NCBI GenBank assembly: GCA_036630325.1
Contig: CP142732.1
Span: 124,001 to 188,000 of the forward strand
Direction of reading: 5' to 3'
Source of the DNA: Vairimorpha necatrix
Taxonomy: Eukaryota
DNA length: 64,000 nt
Of the stretch, positions 35,981 through 47,800 are shown piece after piece. Below the pieces are notes generated by a model, which worked only from the letters and a program-made list of their open reading frames with translations, had not been told where the DNA came from and did not search any database. How positions within the stretch are numbered: position 1 is the first letter of the stretch; every line of letters begins with the position of its first letter. The position numbers and the translations under genes are program-made.

Positions 35981-38900
35981 ATGGAAAGAAGATCTAATAT
36001 TAATAATAAAAATATTTTACATACTTTCCTAAGTGGTGGATACCACAAGTTAAATTTAACAAAGACGTATCCTAAACTAACCAAAAGGATAGAGATTAAA
36101 GAACAGAGAAACATGATCAGCTTCGAGATCAATGTTAAAGGCCTAAAGCAGCCTATTATCAAACAATTAGAGATTGTAAACAACATCGAGAAAACCAATA
36201 TGCTAGAATGGTTTCGAAAGTTCGAAGAGCTACGTAATAAACTGGAATGGGACGAGGAAGAGACTCTCCTAGTATTACAAAATTTAATTGAAAATAAAGA
36301 ATGGAAAGAAAAGACAGTTCTAAAAATTATTTAAAAAGTAAAGAGGAATTATTAAGTGTCGCATATCCACATCACTTATTTTCAAATCTGGGAATTAAAT
36401 TGTTAGAGATTAAACAAAAGAATTATGATTTGATAGAAGATATGTTTGTCGATATCCATGCCAAGCTTGAAGTGGCGGTTTTTTTAGAAAAATATACCAT
36501 AAGTGAATATGAGCGAAGATTTAATAAAATTTGTTTGAATGCCTTGTCTGACGCTACCAAAGACTATGTGATGAAATTAAGTATCAAGAGTGTCAAGGAT
36601 ATTATAAATCTATTGGTAAACTTGGAGAAAGAATTGGTAGTCAGAATTCAGAATGACTTGGAGTTATCAAGAAATGCCCACGTCGAGATAAATGAACCAA
36701 GACAGAGAAATGAGATGAATCGATGGTGTAGCTTGCATAGATCAAGAACTCATAACACAAGTGAGTGTTTCAGTAAAAATAGGCGAATCGAGAATAAGAA
36801 TAATAAGATTTACACAGATGAATTAAAAACAAATAAAAATCTTAAGTTTTCTCATTGTAAGGTAGTTTTAAAAGAAAAGTCCGAATATTTAACAGTAAAA
36901 CTTCCAATATCAATTAAGGGCCACACCGTAATCGCTATTTTAGATACAGGATGTACCAAAAATTTAAAAAGTTTAAAAAAGGTTAAGAAATTAGGTTTCA
37001 TGGCAAGAAAAGACAGAGAGTTTGTATTTATATTTGGAAACGGTTATCAGGAAAAATCAGATGAGATAATAGAAGAGAAGATTAGTATAAATAATTTAAA
37101 TATAAACATTGATTTAAGATTGCACGTGATAAAAGAATTATCAACAGACATAATCTTAGGAGTAGAGTTTTAAGTGAGAATCAAATTATTCTAAATTTTA
37201 TAACCCAAACAATACATCATAATAAGAATATTATTAACATGGTTAACGGATTACCTCAACCATTCGAAGAAAACAATGATTTATTAATGCAAAAATGCTT
37301 TTCAATAAATGAGGAAAATGTCAGCATGAAAAATACTTCAAAAATAATACAATATATAAAAAATAATGATTTGTATAAAGAGATGAAAATTAAAAAAGTT
37401 TCATTTGATATCAACACAAAAGAGGATTTGAAGTTGATAAATAAGAAATACACTATTCCACATAAATTCCTTATAGCGACTAAACAAGAGATACAAAGAT
37501 TGCTAAAAGAGAAAAATATCAAGTATAGTGAAAGTAAGTATAGCAGTCCAGCGTTTGTTATTGCTAAGAAAAATGACGAGATAAGATTAGCAGTAGACTA
37601 CAGAGAATTAAACAAAAATATAATAGATGAATTAGATGTTTTGCCCAAAATTAAAGATCTGATTAACGAGGTCAAAGGGGCAAAATATTTTACTAAAATT
37701 GATTTAAAAAATGGATTTAATCAAGTACCCATAGAAGAAAATTCTATGAATTTAACAAGTTTCAAAATTTTAGGAAACGTGTACAAATATACTAGAATCC
37801 CATTTGGTATTAAATCTGGTCCTAAAATATTCCAAAGGACCATCAACAAAATAATAGCTGAAATACCGAATGTGGTAGTATACATTGATGATATTTATAT
37901 ATACACCACAACCAAAGAAGAGCATAATAAGATTTTATGCCAAGTATTAGATAGGTTGGCTAGTTACGAAGTAAAAATTAACTTTGAAAAAAGCATTTTC
38001 GGAGTTAAAGAAGTTGAAATGTTGGGACTAATAATAAACGAAAAAGAAATTAGACCAAATGTAGCTGTTATTGATAAATTGGTGTTAAAATTAAATATAT
38101 CAAAACGCCGAGAATTACAGAAAATTTCAGGGGTATTGAATTGGTACCGAGAATTTGAACCAAATTTTAGTGCTAAAGTATTGAACTATACGGATAAATT
38201 AAAAGGAGCAGAACAAAAGATAGAACTAACAGATAAAGAAAAGCAAGATATAAAAGATTCGATCACGGAAATTAAAGAAAATGAAAAATAGTGTCCCCTA
38301 AATACGACGAAGAATTCTGGTTACAGACTGACGCATCTGATAAAGCCATGGGAGCAGTATTATTCCAAAAACATGGATGCATAGGATATTATAGTAAGAA
38401 GTTTACAGAAACTGAGATAAACTACACGATTGTTGAAAAAGAGATGTTCGCAATCTTACAGAGTTTAATATTTTTTAAAGGATGCATTCTGGGATATCAA
38501 GTAAAAATTATGTGTGATAACAGAAATTGCTTATTCGAAACAAAAAATAATAATAGTAGAATGATAAGATGGAAATTAAGGCTTAATGAATATAATTTTA
38601 CATTAGAAAGCATCGAACGAAAGAAAAACGTAATCGCAGACTATTTATCGCGAATGTCATCAGATGAAGTACTGCAAGTAAAGAGTAATAATGGAAGGGA
38701 AGATAATATATTACTAAAAGAGACGCCGGCAATTACAACAATTAAATAGAACGGTAAACTTTATATTAAGCCCAATGAAAGTGAAAATTTAGTCGAATAT
38801 GCACTTAAAAAGCAAGCATGCAGGGATGTTTGTACTATATAACAATTTGAAAGATTATTATTATATAAATAACATGAAAGAAGTCATAAGAAAAGTAGTT

Positions 38901-39679
38901 AACAGTTGTCAGAACTGTAAATTTAATAAAAAAATTAGCTATCACAGATTTGAAAATAAACTAAAAATTAAAGCAAGAGCGCCGTTTGATAAAATTTGTT
39001 CAGACATATATGGTCCAACAAAAATAAATAATAAAAAATGGTATATTATGACTATAATTGATGTTTACACAAGATACACAAAGGTATATAAATTAAGAGA
39101 AATTACAGATAAAAGAGTGGTAGAGTGTTTTGGAAAATGGTTTAATATATTTCACCATTTAAAAACAATAATTACTGATAACGGAACACAGTATACTAGT
39201 AATTTAGTAAAAGAATTTACTGATAAGAATGATATAAATCTTATACATGTTCCGAAATACCATCCACAGAGCAATGGTATCTGTGAGAGAACAAATAGCA
39301 CTATCTCTGAAATAATCAGATTATATAGAAAGGAATCTTTAGAAAACATAATAGAAAATATAGAGATTAGACTTAATAAGAACTATAGAAGATCAATAGG
39401 ATGTGCACCTGAAGAATATGTTACAGGTACCAATCAATATGATCCTGAAGACAGAATCCAGCTGAAAAAAATATCAAGCAGTAAGAAACCGTTACAATTA
39501 AGAAAAGTTTCGTCGAATCAAAAATCGGAGATAAAGTATACGTGAAAAACTTTCAAAGCAAGAAATAGGAAAAGGCATTTAAAGGGCCATACATAGTAGA
39601 ATTAGTTAGCAAAAATAACAGATGGATCAAAGTCAAGGAAAAATATGAATAGGTTCATATTGCGGATACTAAAAAATAA
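35981..39679 (+). pseudogene. Gag-Pol of element B, split by stops and frameshifts
   Basis: WCSLHRSRTHNTSEC, ILDTGC, VDYRELN, YIDD, LQTDAS, SDIYGP and ITDNG across six ORF pieces. Confidence 0.92.
36049..36060. other. Perfect 12-bp palindrome GTTAAATTTAAC at the PBS position of element B
   Basis: 1 nt after the 5' LTR end (36047). No TGG tract. Confidence 0.9.
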
Positions 39680-40262
39680 AATCTAAGGAGGGGCGGATTA
39701 TGATATCCTAAATATCATAAAAATAGTTTTTAAATATTTCCCTCCAAATTCTTCCAGTCTTCCCTCCAACATATATTTAAAAATTTTATCCGGAGAGGGG
39801 TACGGAGTTATGGAAAGAAGAAGTAATATTTACAATAAAAATATTTTACATACTTTCCTCAGTGGTGGATACCACAGTGTCTATAAAAATTAAACAAGGT
39901 TTCTAAAAAAATGGAACAAGGTGTCTATAAAAATGAAATAGACTGAAAAACAAATGGTGAAATTCATCTAAAGATTCATTTATTTAATTTTTAACCAGTT
40001 TCATTGGTTTTTTTCCCTTTTACCTATATATGTTATTTTTTAATCGGTTATTCGATAAATTTTCTATTATTTCCTTTGGCTCACCATAAAAAAAACTCAA
40101 TTTATTTATTTTTTTGTTTTCGCATTAGTGTCAAAATCTTTTTTTTATAACAACTAAATCCCCAATAGAAAAATCATTGATAGAATTATAAACACATTTT
40201 CTGTCCATTCAAGCTAAATTATCTTTCATTACACACTGAAACTTTTCCGGCATCGTGTTTAC

Positions 40263-41349
40263 GGTTAAGTTGCGATGTTACCCTCCCCCACCATTAAAAA
40301 AATAAAAAAAAAGACAAAACTAAAATTTATTCAATTAATTCAAAGTCAAATTCGCGGGCTAAATCGTAATTTAAAAACCATATATGTTGAACTTCAAAAA
40401 AGCATAACATTCTTTCAAGTAGTGATTCTCTATAAATTAACTTAAAACGAGCTATATAAAGTTTTCGAATGAGATTCATCAGAGAACCATGGCTTGTTCC
40501 TTCTTTGCGCAATTCCCTTTTAATTTCAGACCACATTCCCTCAATTGTTTAGGAGTGGGCGCCTGTTGTTGGATTTACAAAATTTTGGCTATGATTTACA
40601 GTTAAATGTAAATAGTTATAATCCGGACATAGTTCCGAAAACCCTTCATAACCCCGCCAACAATCAGTAATAATTGTAGATCCAGGTGCGATTTTTCGTT
40701 TTATTAAATCGACCATAGTATTTCTTGATCGATTTTCAACAATTTCGAAAAAAGAATTGCTGTCTCCTCTTACTACTCTACCAACAGCCCCAACTTGGTA
40801 TTGAAGGATTTTACCGTTATGGTTTTTACTTTTGACAAGTAATGTCTCTTCTATTTAGACTATGCAATTTAAACCTCCTATGGTTTTGTTTCTTATATAG
40901 TTGAAATAGGATAAGAATACAGCGTCATTAAAACGCGTAAACCAGCGAGATACGGTACTACTATCTATATCCAATTCGATAGTAGCGTAAACATTGTTTT
41001 CATCTTTAACCCATTTACACAGCAAAATTAAAAAATCTTCGATATCTAATCATGAACTTTTAAAAAGCCTTGTTTGTAACTGTTACCTATGTTTGAGCAT
41101 TTTCACCCATTTCGTCGTAAGTAACAACGATATTTGTCCAAATTATTTTTAATTTTGGTCATGGGTTTCATGCACTTATTGCACATCGGTACCTTTAATA
41201 TATTTTTTTGAAGAAGGAATATAATTAATTCCTCTTTTTTATATATTAATTTTCTAAAATTCTTGATATTCATTTTAGGGGTATAATTTTAGTTTGGTCT
41301 TTTTACTATTTTTTTAGGGGTGGAGGAGGGGGAACATCGCAATTTAACC
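40263..41349 (-). mobile_element. Merlin/ISXO2-like transposon, degraded
   Basis: TIRs GGTTAA(G/A)TTGCGATGTT. Transposase remnants ~40327-41273 (IGGLN, IITDCWRGY, VNHS, MWSEIKR). No clear TSD. Confidence 0.82.
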
Positions 41350-41398
41350 AATTTATTTACTAAAATATATGCGAACATGCAATCATAAAATTTGAAAC

Positions 41399-41714
41399 TG
41401 GGATGTTATGGACTACATCACAATAACAGGTGTCAATAGTGCCATCTGTCAAACATTTCATCTATGACATGTCAAATCGTGAATAAATTAACAAACAAAA
41501 GAATATTGTAAAAACATGCTTACAAATGAGAAAGCACTAATCTTTATCAAAATTCCTGAACAACTATTAAATTAAAAATAAAATATAAAAAGAAGTCTGT
41601 CTTTGAAGGGTATGGAATATCTGAGGAATAGAAACACCATCAATAAAGTTATTAATATTAACAACATTTTAGAATGCTATTTTAAATATAGCAAAGTCCC
41701 GTTTATATAGGACA
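41399..41714 (+). repeat. Solo LTR (316 bp)
   Basis: TG...CA termini, TSD GAAAC. Homologous to 17149-17488. Confidence 0.85.
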
Positions 41715-41782
41715 GAAACAAATTAATGAAGGATTACAAAAAAATATAAATGATCTTCGCTGAAAATGAAATTTAAATAATA

Positions 41783-44700
41783 TGTTAACCATTTATTTAT
41801 TAAGGGATCTAAACCCTACATCCCCCCTCCAGACGGGTAGTCTCTCCATCTTCTAAACAACTCTTCCTTATCTCTTTCAAATCATAATGCCTCTTTTTAA
41901 CAATTTTACCATCCAGTAGTCTCACAATATATGAATCATTTTCACTTATAGCTACGATCCTTCCGCGACCCGTGAATCTTCCCTTGTCTGTTTTCGCACG
42001 TGTACCTAAATTTTCTCTCCTAGCGATTCTTACCTCTTGGCCTACTGTAAATGTCTCTCTGTGTCTTCTCTTGAATCGACCAGCATATTTTCCATTTTCA
42101 TCATTTTCAATTATAACTTCAGCAGTTTGATCTCTCCACGCTTCCATCGGCGTACATTTTATTGCTGTATGTAGTGTATTATTATATCCTTTGATTGCTC
42201 TTTCTATCTTTTCAGAAATATTCCCATCATTTTGCTTTATCAATGTCTCTCTTATAGTTCTGATGCATCTCTCGATTCTACCATTACTCCTATGAGCTTC
42301 TAAGCCCACTTTCCTATGTTTAATATCATTAATACTACACCATTCTTTAAATCTATTACTTACAAACTCTTTTCCGTTGTCTGTCACATATTCCTCTGGA
42401 AATCCATCTTCCCTTATCCACTTTTGTAATACCTCTATAACTTCACTACTCTCTTTACATCTCAAATTCGAACCCCACAACCTTCTAGTAAAGTAATCAA
42501 TACCCAGTAACACATACCTATTCTCTCCACCTATGTCCATTAAATCCAACGCCACTTTCTCCAATTTCTTTCTAGTTACTACGAAATCACATCCTCCTGT
42601 GTTTTTCCTATTGTTAATCCCACATATTTCACAATTCTTAATTACCTTATTAATATGATCTTTCATACCAGGCCAATACCATCTTTGTTTAATGTTATAA
42701 TAAGTGCCTTTGACACCTCTATGGTTTAACTCCTCATGTACTCTTGTTATTTCATGTTCTCTACTATCTAGGCTCAATATCTCTTTCACCTCACCTGTGG
42801 AAAATTCCCAATACTGTTTACCGTCCTTTTCTTTAATATGTTTCTGCTTTTTTCCCAAAATTTGTTTTTCTATCACTTCTTTTCTCTTGTTGTCCTTTTC
42901 TTTTTGTTCATCCGAAACTTCTACCTGATCATACTGCCTACTTAACGCATCTGCATCTGTCATCAACTCCCCTTTCACATACTCTATTGTAAAGTCAAAC
43001 TCTTGTATCTGTTCTACCCATCTGTTTATTCTGTTATTATTGAAGTATGGCTTATTTCTGATCTCTGCTAATGCTTTATGATCCGTCATCAAATGAAATT
43101 TCCTTCCTCTCAAATCACTTTCAAACTTCTTTATTCCAAAAAACACCGCCAACATCTCCTTCTCACTTATCGTATATCTTCGCTCGGTAGGAGTCAACAT
43201 TTTCGATGCCCATTGTATCGGAATCCACTCACCCTCTTTATTTTCTTGTAATAGAATTGCTCCGATCCCCGTATCACACGCATCAGTTCTTACTCTAAAT
43301 AGCTTTTTTCCGTCCGGAATCTTCAACTTTTTCATATCTCTCAAGCCTTGCTTCATATCCTCAAAGGCTCTTTCCATATCCTCCGTCCAATTCCACTTAA
43401 CATCTTTCTTTAAAGCCTCAGTAAGCCTTACTGTTCTATACGCATAGTTGGGAATAAAGTCTCTAAACCAACCAGTTAGTCCTAAAAATCTTCTTAACTC
43501 TCTAACACTCTCAGGTTTTCTATATTCCAATGTCTCCTGCTTTTTAATCTCATTCGGTCCCATGACCTCCCCATTAATTGTTACTCCCAGCAACATCACC
43601 TCATCTTTTTTGTATTGTATCTTTGTTTGGTTTATTCTCAACCCACACTCTTTAAACTTTTTAATTACCCTCTCTAGTAACTCGTCATGCACTCTTACGT
43701 CTTTACCATGAATAACTATATCATCCATATATACTTCCACGCCTTTACCTCTGAATTCATCTAAAACTCTGTTCATTACTCTCTGCATTATATGAGGCGA
43801 ATTCTTAAACCCCATAACCATACTATTCCATTCGTATACTCGACCATTCACTTCAAATGCTGTTTTGTGCTTATGGTGCTCCTCAATCTCAATATGATAA
43901 AACCCTTCTTTTAAGTCGATAACCGTAAATACTTTTGACCCCTGTGTGGCTCTCATAATATCCTTAATTAACGGTAGTGAGTACGGGTCCTTGTCAACCA
44001 AATCGTTTAACGCCTTCAAATTGCTTACCAATCTTACGTCCCCATTTGGTTTTTCAAGTGCTCTTATTGGACTCCTCCACTCACTTTTGGAACGTCTTAT
44101 AACCCCTCTATTTTCCAACTTATTCAAGTACTCCTCAAATTTCACCCTAAGGTAGTATGGCACATTCTGCCCACTTTTCACAACCTTTTCACCTTGCTTA
44201 GTATTTATTGGACACTTCTCTCCTGTGAGATATTTTATCTTTTCTTCTGATTCTTTAAAAACTTCCGGATACTTTTCAATTAAATTTTCTAACTTATTTA
44301 CTGTTTTACATCTTTTCCCTTCATTGTTGATAATTGGTTCTTTCTGTAAAACTTGTTCCTTTTTAATTTTATATTTTTCCCTACCAGCTACACTTTCATG
44401 ACATTCTCTAGCGTAATGCCCTTCTTTCTTACATATAAAACATTTTGTAGTTTCTCTGATTTCTCTTCTTTTCCTATACATCCTAAGATTTTCTTTTCTT
44501 TCTTCCCTAAACTCTTTCAACACTTTATCCATAATCTCTTTAATCATTTCTTGTCTTTCTTCTGACTCTCTCTCAAATTCTGCTCCTTTTTGTAAGCCTT
44601 TATAAATTTCCTCCCAACTGCTCCTTCCGTCACAAAAATTTTCAAAAATATAATTCTGCAAGTTCGCAGATGCCAAATCCATAACATCTTTCCACTCAAC

Positions 44701-44857
44701 TTTCTCAACTTTCAATATTAACTTTAGTCTCTTATCTATCCTAATTGCCTCTTTCTCTAATGTTCTAGCCTCTTGACTACGGGACTTTCTTGTTTCCCTG
44801 TTCATCCTTGTGTTCGCCATGTTAACCATTTATTTATTAAGGGTTCTAACCCCTACA
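41783..44857 (-). mobile_element. Intact minimal Ty3/Gypsy element with 38-bp LTRs
   Basis: LTRs 41783-41820 and 44820-44857 (36/38 identical, TG...CA), TSD TAATA, PBS-like TGGCGAACAC, PPT GGAGGGGGGA. Confidence 0.95.
41809..44829 (-). CDS. Polyprotein: short Gag with CCHC knuckle, RT, RNase H and integrase, no recognisable protease
   Basis: CFICKKEGHYAREC; YMDD; VRTDAC...EKEMLAV...TDHKAL; HEELNH/CEIC, ALDLMD, VTDNG, SNGRIER. No D(T/S)G motif between knuckle and RT. Confidence 0.95.
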   Translation of the reverse strand: MVNMANTRMNRETRKSRSQEARTLEKEAIRIDKRLKLILKVEKVEWKDVMDLASANLQNYIFENFCDGRSSWEEIYKGLQKGAEFERESEERQEMIKEIMDKVLKEFREERKENLRMYRKRREIRETTKCFICKKEGHYARECHESVAGREKYKIKKEQVLQKEPIINNEGKRCKTVNKLENLIEKYPEVFKESEEKIKYLTGEKCPINTKQGEKVVKSGQNVPYYLRVKFEEYLNKLENRGVIRRSKSEWRSPIRALEKPNGDVRLVSNLKALNDLVDKDPYSLPLIKDIMRATQGSKVFTVIDLKEGFYHIEIEEHHKHKTAFEVNGRVYEWNSMVMGFKNSPHIMQRVMNRVLDEFRGKGVEVYMDDIVIHGKDVRVHDELLERVIKKFKECGLRINQTKIQYKKDEVMLLGVTINGEVMGPNEIKKQETLEYRKPESVRELRRFLGLTGWFRDFIPNYAYRTVRLTEALKKDVKWNWTEDMERAFEDMKQGLRDMKKLKIPDGKKLFRVRTDACDTGIGAILLQENKEGEWIPIQWASKMLTPTERRYTISEKEMLAVFFGIKKFESDLRGRKFHLMTDHKALAEIRNKPYFNNNRINRWVEQIQEFDFTIEYVKGELMTDADALSRQYDQVEVSDEQKEKDNKRKEVIEKQILGKKQKHIKEKDGKQYWEFSTGEVKEILSLDSREHEITRVHEELNHRGVKGTYYNIKQRWYWPGMKDHINKVIKNCEICGINNRKNTGGCDFVVTRKKLEKVALDLMDIGGENRYVLLGIDYFTRRLWGSNLRCKESSEVIEVLQKWIREDGFPEEYVTDNGKEFVSNRFKEWCSINDIKHRKVGLEAHRSNGRIERCIRTIRETLIKQNDGNISEKIERAIKGYNNTLHTAIKCTPMEAWRDQTAEVIIENDENGKYAGRFKRRHRETFTVGQEVRIARRENLGTRAKTDKGRFTGRGRIVAISENDSYIVRLLDGKIVKKRHYDLKEIRKSCLEDGETTRLEGGCRV

Positions 44858-44893
44858 TAATATATAAAAAAAATGTGACATAATATTCATAAG

Positions 44894-47800
44894 TGTTGAC
44901 GTTAGACGAAATATGAGATTTAGTTGAATTGTATTTATTTTTACCCATGATTGTTATTCCAAAAAGGTATTTATATTTATTTCTGAAACATTGTTTCAGA
45001 CTGAGACGTTTTACTGATTAGAATTACCAATCATGTTATCTGGACTATCCGCCGTCCACACTCTTCCCTTCAGTAAATAAGATATCGTCTTTTCAGTTTC
45101 GGTTACGGCAACTAAATCCTTACGATTAATGTCAAAGGCTTTTCTTCCACAAAGACTTCTTATCTGATAAGCACCCTTGCCTTTCGCGGCAATAATTTCA
45201 AACTCTTCATCTTCGTATGGTGATTCAAATTTTTGTTAAAAGTGCATGTTTCTTCAGAAGAACCATATCTCCTATTTCCAAGTCATTAGGGTCTGACTTC
45301 TTAAGGTTTCGTTCGTTAACCTTTTCTCTTTTCTTATCTTCTACTTCCTTCACATTTTGCTGGATGACATTTAATTTCTCTTTCTTCTGTCTTACGTATC
45401 CAATTGGATCAACAAAATATAGCTCGAAGTCTTTAGGGATCTCAAGTAGATTACTTGGAATTATCGGCTCTCTACCGTATAATAACATAAACGGTGAAGC
45501 ATTAAAACGTTCTACTATCCCTATCCTATATTGCATCAGCACATATGGGAATACTCTGTCCCAGTTTTGTTCGTGATCTACCATGGCTTTAGATATTTTT
45601 TCTATTATCGTCTTGTTTGTTCTCTCTGCAAGACCATTAGCCTGTGGATAATATGGAGATGAATGTTTAAATCTAGATCCCCATAGTTCTGCTACTGAAT
45701 TTACTAATCTGTTTGTAAACTCCAAACCCTGATCACTCCTGATCGTTTTGACCGTTCCATGTCGTGAAAATACATCTTCCACTAAAAAATCTAGCTATCT
45801 CTTCAGCCGATTTCTTTTTTAACGCTTTACCTTCGACCCATTTGGTAAAATAGTCGGTTGCCAGAACAATGAATCTATTTCCTGATTTGGACTTCGGAAG
45901 AGGACCGATACAGTCGATCCCCATTTTCATAAACGTTCCTTCTAAGTCTGGGGATACTGCTTAAACGGTCTTTTTCTTTTAAATTTTAAGCAAGTTCTAC
46001 AAGTTCTTAACACCTCCTTTACTTTTTCTCTAGATATTCCTGCCCCTGCATGATGTATCTTTAAAAAATTATAAGTGTTATTGGCACAACTATGTCCCGT
46101 TAAAGAATGAGCCTCTAAGATGTATTTCGTAGTCTTCTGCCCATCATCTTCTTTTGTCAACGACTTCAATTGAACTCTTGAAAGGCAATCTGCTACAACA
46201 TTATTTTTTCCTTCTTTATATTCAATGGTAAATACCATATCTGCCAAAAACATCAACCACCTCGCTATCCTTCCCTGAGGATTCTTGACTTTATAGAGCC
46301 ACACAAGAGACTTGTGATCCGTTCGAATGATAAATCTTTTATGTAAATAATTTTTAAAGATTTTCACCGCATAAATAATGGCTAGGGTCTCCTTTTCGAG
46401 AGTAGAATAATTTCTCTCAGCGGGCATTAGGTTTCGACTACAAAATCTGATAACTACATCTTTCCGTTTTTTTCTCTGTTTAAGAACACCGCCTATACAA
46501 TAGTCAGAAGCATCAGATTCTATTATAAACGTTTCTTCCATATCTGGAAGTTCTAAAAAGGCCGAATTTATTAATTTTAGTCGCAAATCATTTACTTTTT
46601 TCTCGACTTCTGTTTTCGAGAATTCTCTTTCCGGTTGATTATTTCATTCAATGCGAACGTTTTATTCGGAAAGTTCTTAAAGTAGTTTCTAAAGTAACCT
46701 ATTCCCCCAACAAAAGAATGCAGCTGTTTAATAGTTTCTATTTTTAGCTTGTCCTTAAATGGTCCTAATCTTATTTCATCTGGAAACACTTTTCGGCGCA
46801 TCGGTCAGAACCCGGACTTTTTTTCTCTCTAAGGGTCCCCCCTTGGAGAGAAACGAAAAAAAATAATAATAATAAAAAACCATTCTATTCTAAGAAAACT
46901 TTGATAATTTCAATGAAGAACTCTCTTGAACTTTTGATGTTTTTATAAATTGCACATCTTCTTCTCCACTTAAATTCTTCCAAAAAATCAGGGATAGCAC
47001 TTTCTTTGATCCCTTTTCTAGCTATTATATCACATTTAAGATGTGACCAAGCACCTTCTATTAAGTTTGTGGTCTCTCCTGCTTCGTTTTTAAAGCCTTC
47101 ATCATGAATTACAACGCGATGATCACCGTTGATAGATTCTACTGCAGCGGGATAAGATTTATGACCATCAGTTATGCATGTAGTGTCATTTTTTATATAC
47201 TTTTTAAAAAACCGAGTCATCGTCTGTATAGTCCGGTTAGGTACTATTTCGATTCTCAGTTCTAACGTTCGCTCGTCTATCGTCCCTACCAACCACACAC
47301 AGTTTTTGACTGTGTCATATCTTTCCGATGGAGATTTGACAAACTTCCCCCTTACTATAACCGTTTCATCGGTCTGTGTCACTTCTTCAAATCCTCCAAT
47401 TTTTTTTTGGTGTTTGAGATTTTCTTTTTTCAGTGCTTCGTATATTTTTTTTAGCTCTGAAGACACTAGAAGCAGACACCCGGGAATTTTTGTTTAGGTT
47501 TAGTGTAGACTGCTTTTCAGTGAACGAATACAGAATATACAAATAATTATGTATAGGTATTCGGGGATTAGAAAATGAAGTTTTATCAAAAACTCCGATT
47601 GATGTTCCACATCCAGTCTTCCCCCTACACTTAAACCGGTGGCAGTTCATGTACGAATCGTCCGGTGTTAATATCATTATACCAGGACATTTCGTACATT
47701 CCATTGTTGTTTTTAGTAGATTTCATCCACTAACCAACATATTGCCTCATGTGGATCTTGGAATATTTTCGACCTACTGTCAAGCGGCTCCATACATACC

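Larger units (their letters stand above)
35870..39876 (+). mobile_element. Ty3/Gypsy element B, disrupted
   Basis: 178-bp LTRs (35870-36047, 39699-39876) with several substitutions, TSD GTGTC, PPT AAGGAGGGGCGGA, termini TA...CA. Confidence 0.95.
34194..39945 (+). mobile_element. Tc1/IS630-type DNA transposon interrupted by a solo LTR and LTR element B
   Basis: TA|CAGTCCATTTC left end and GAAATAGACTG right end. Arrays of ~23-bp subterminal repeats (atagacaccttgttccatt) at both ends. Confidence 0.88.
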
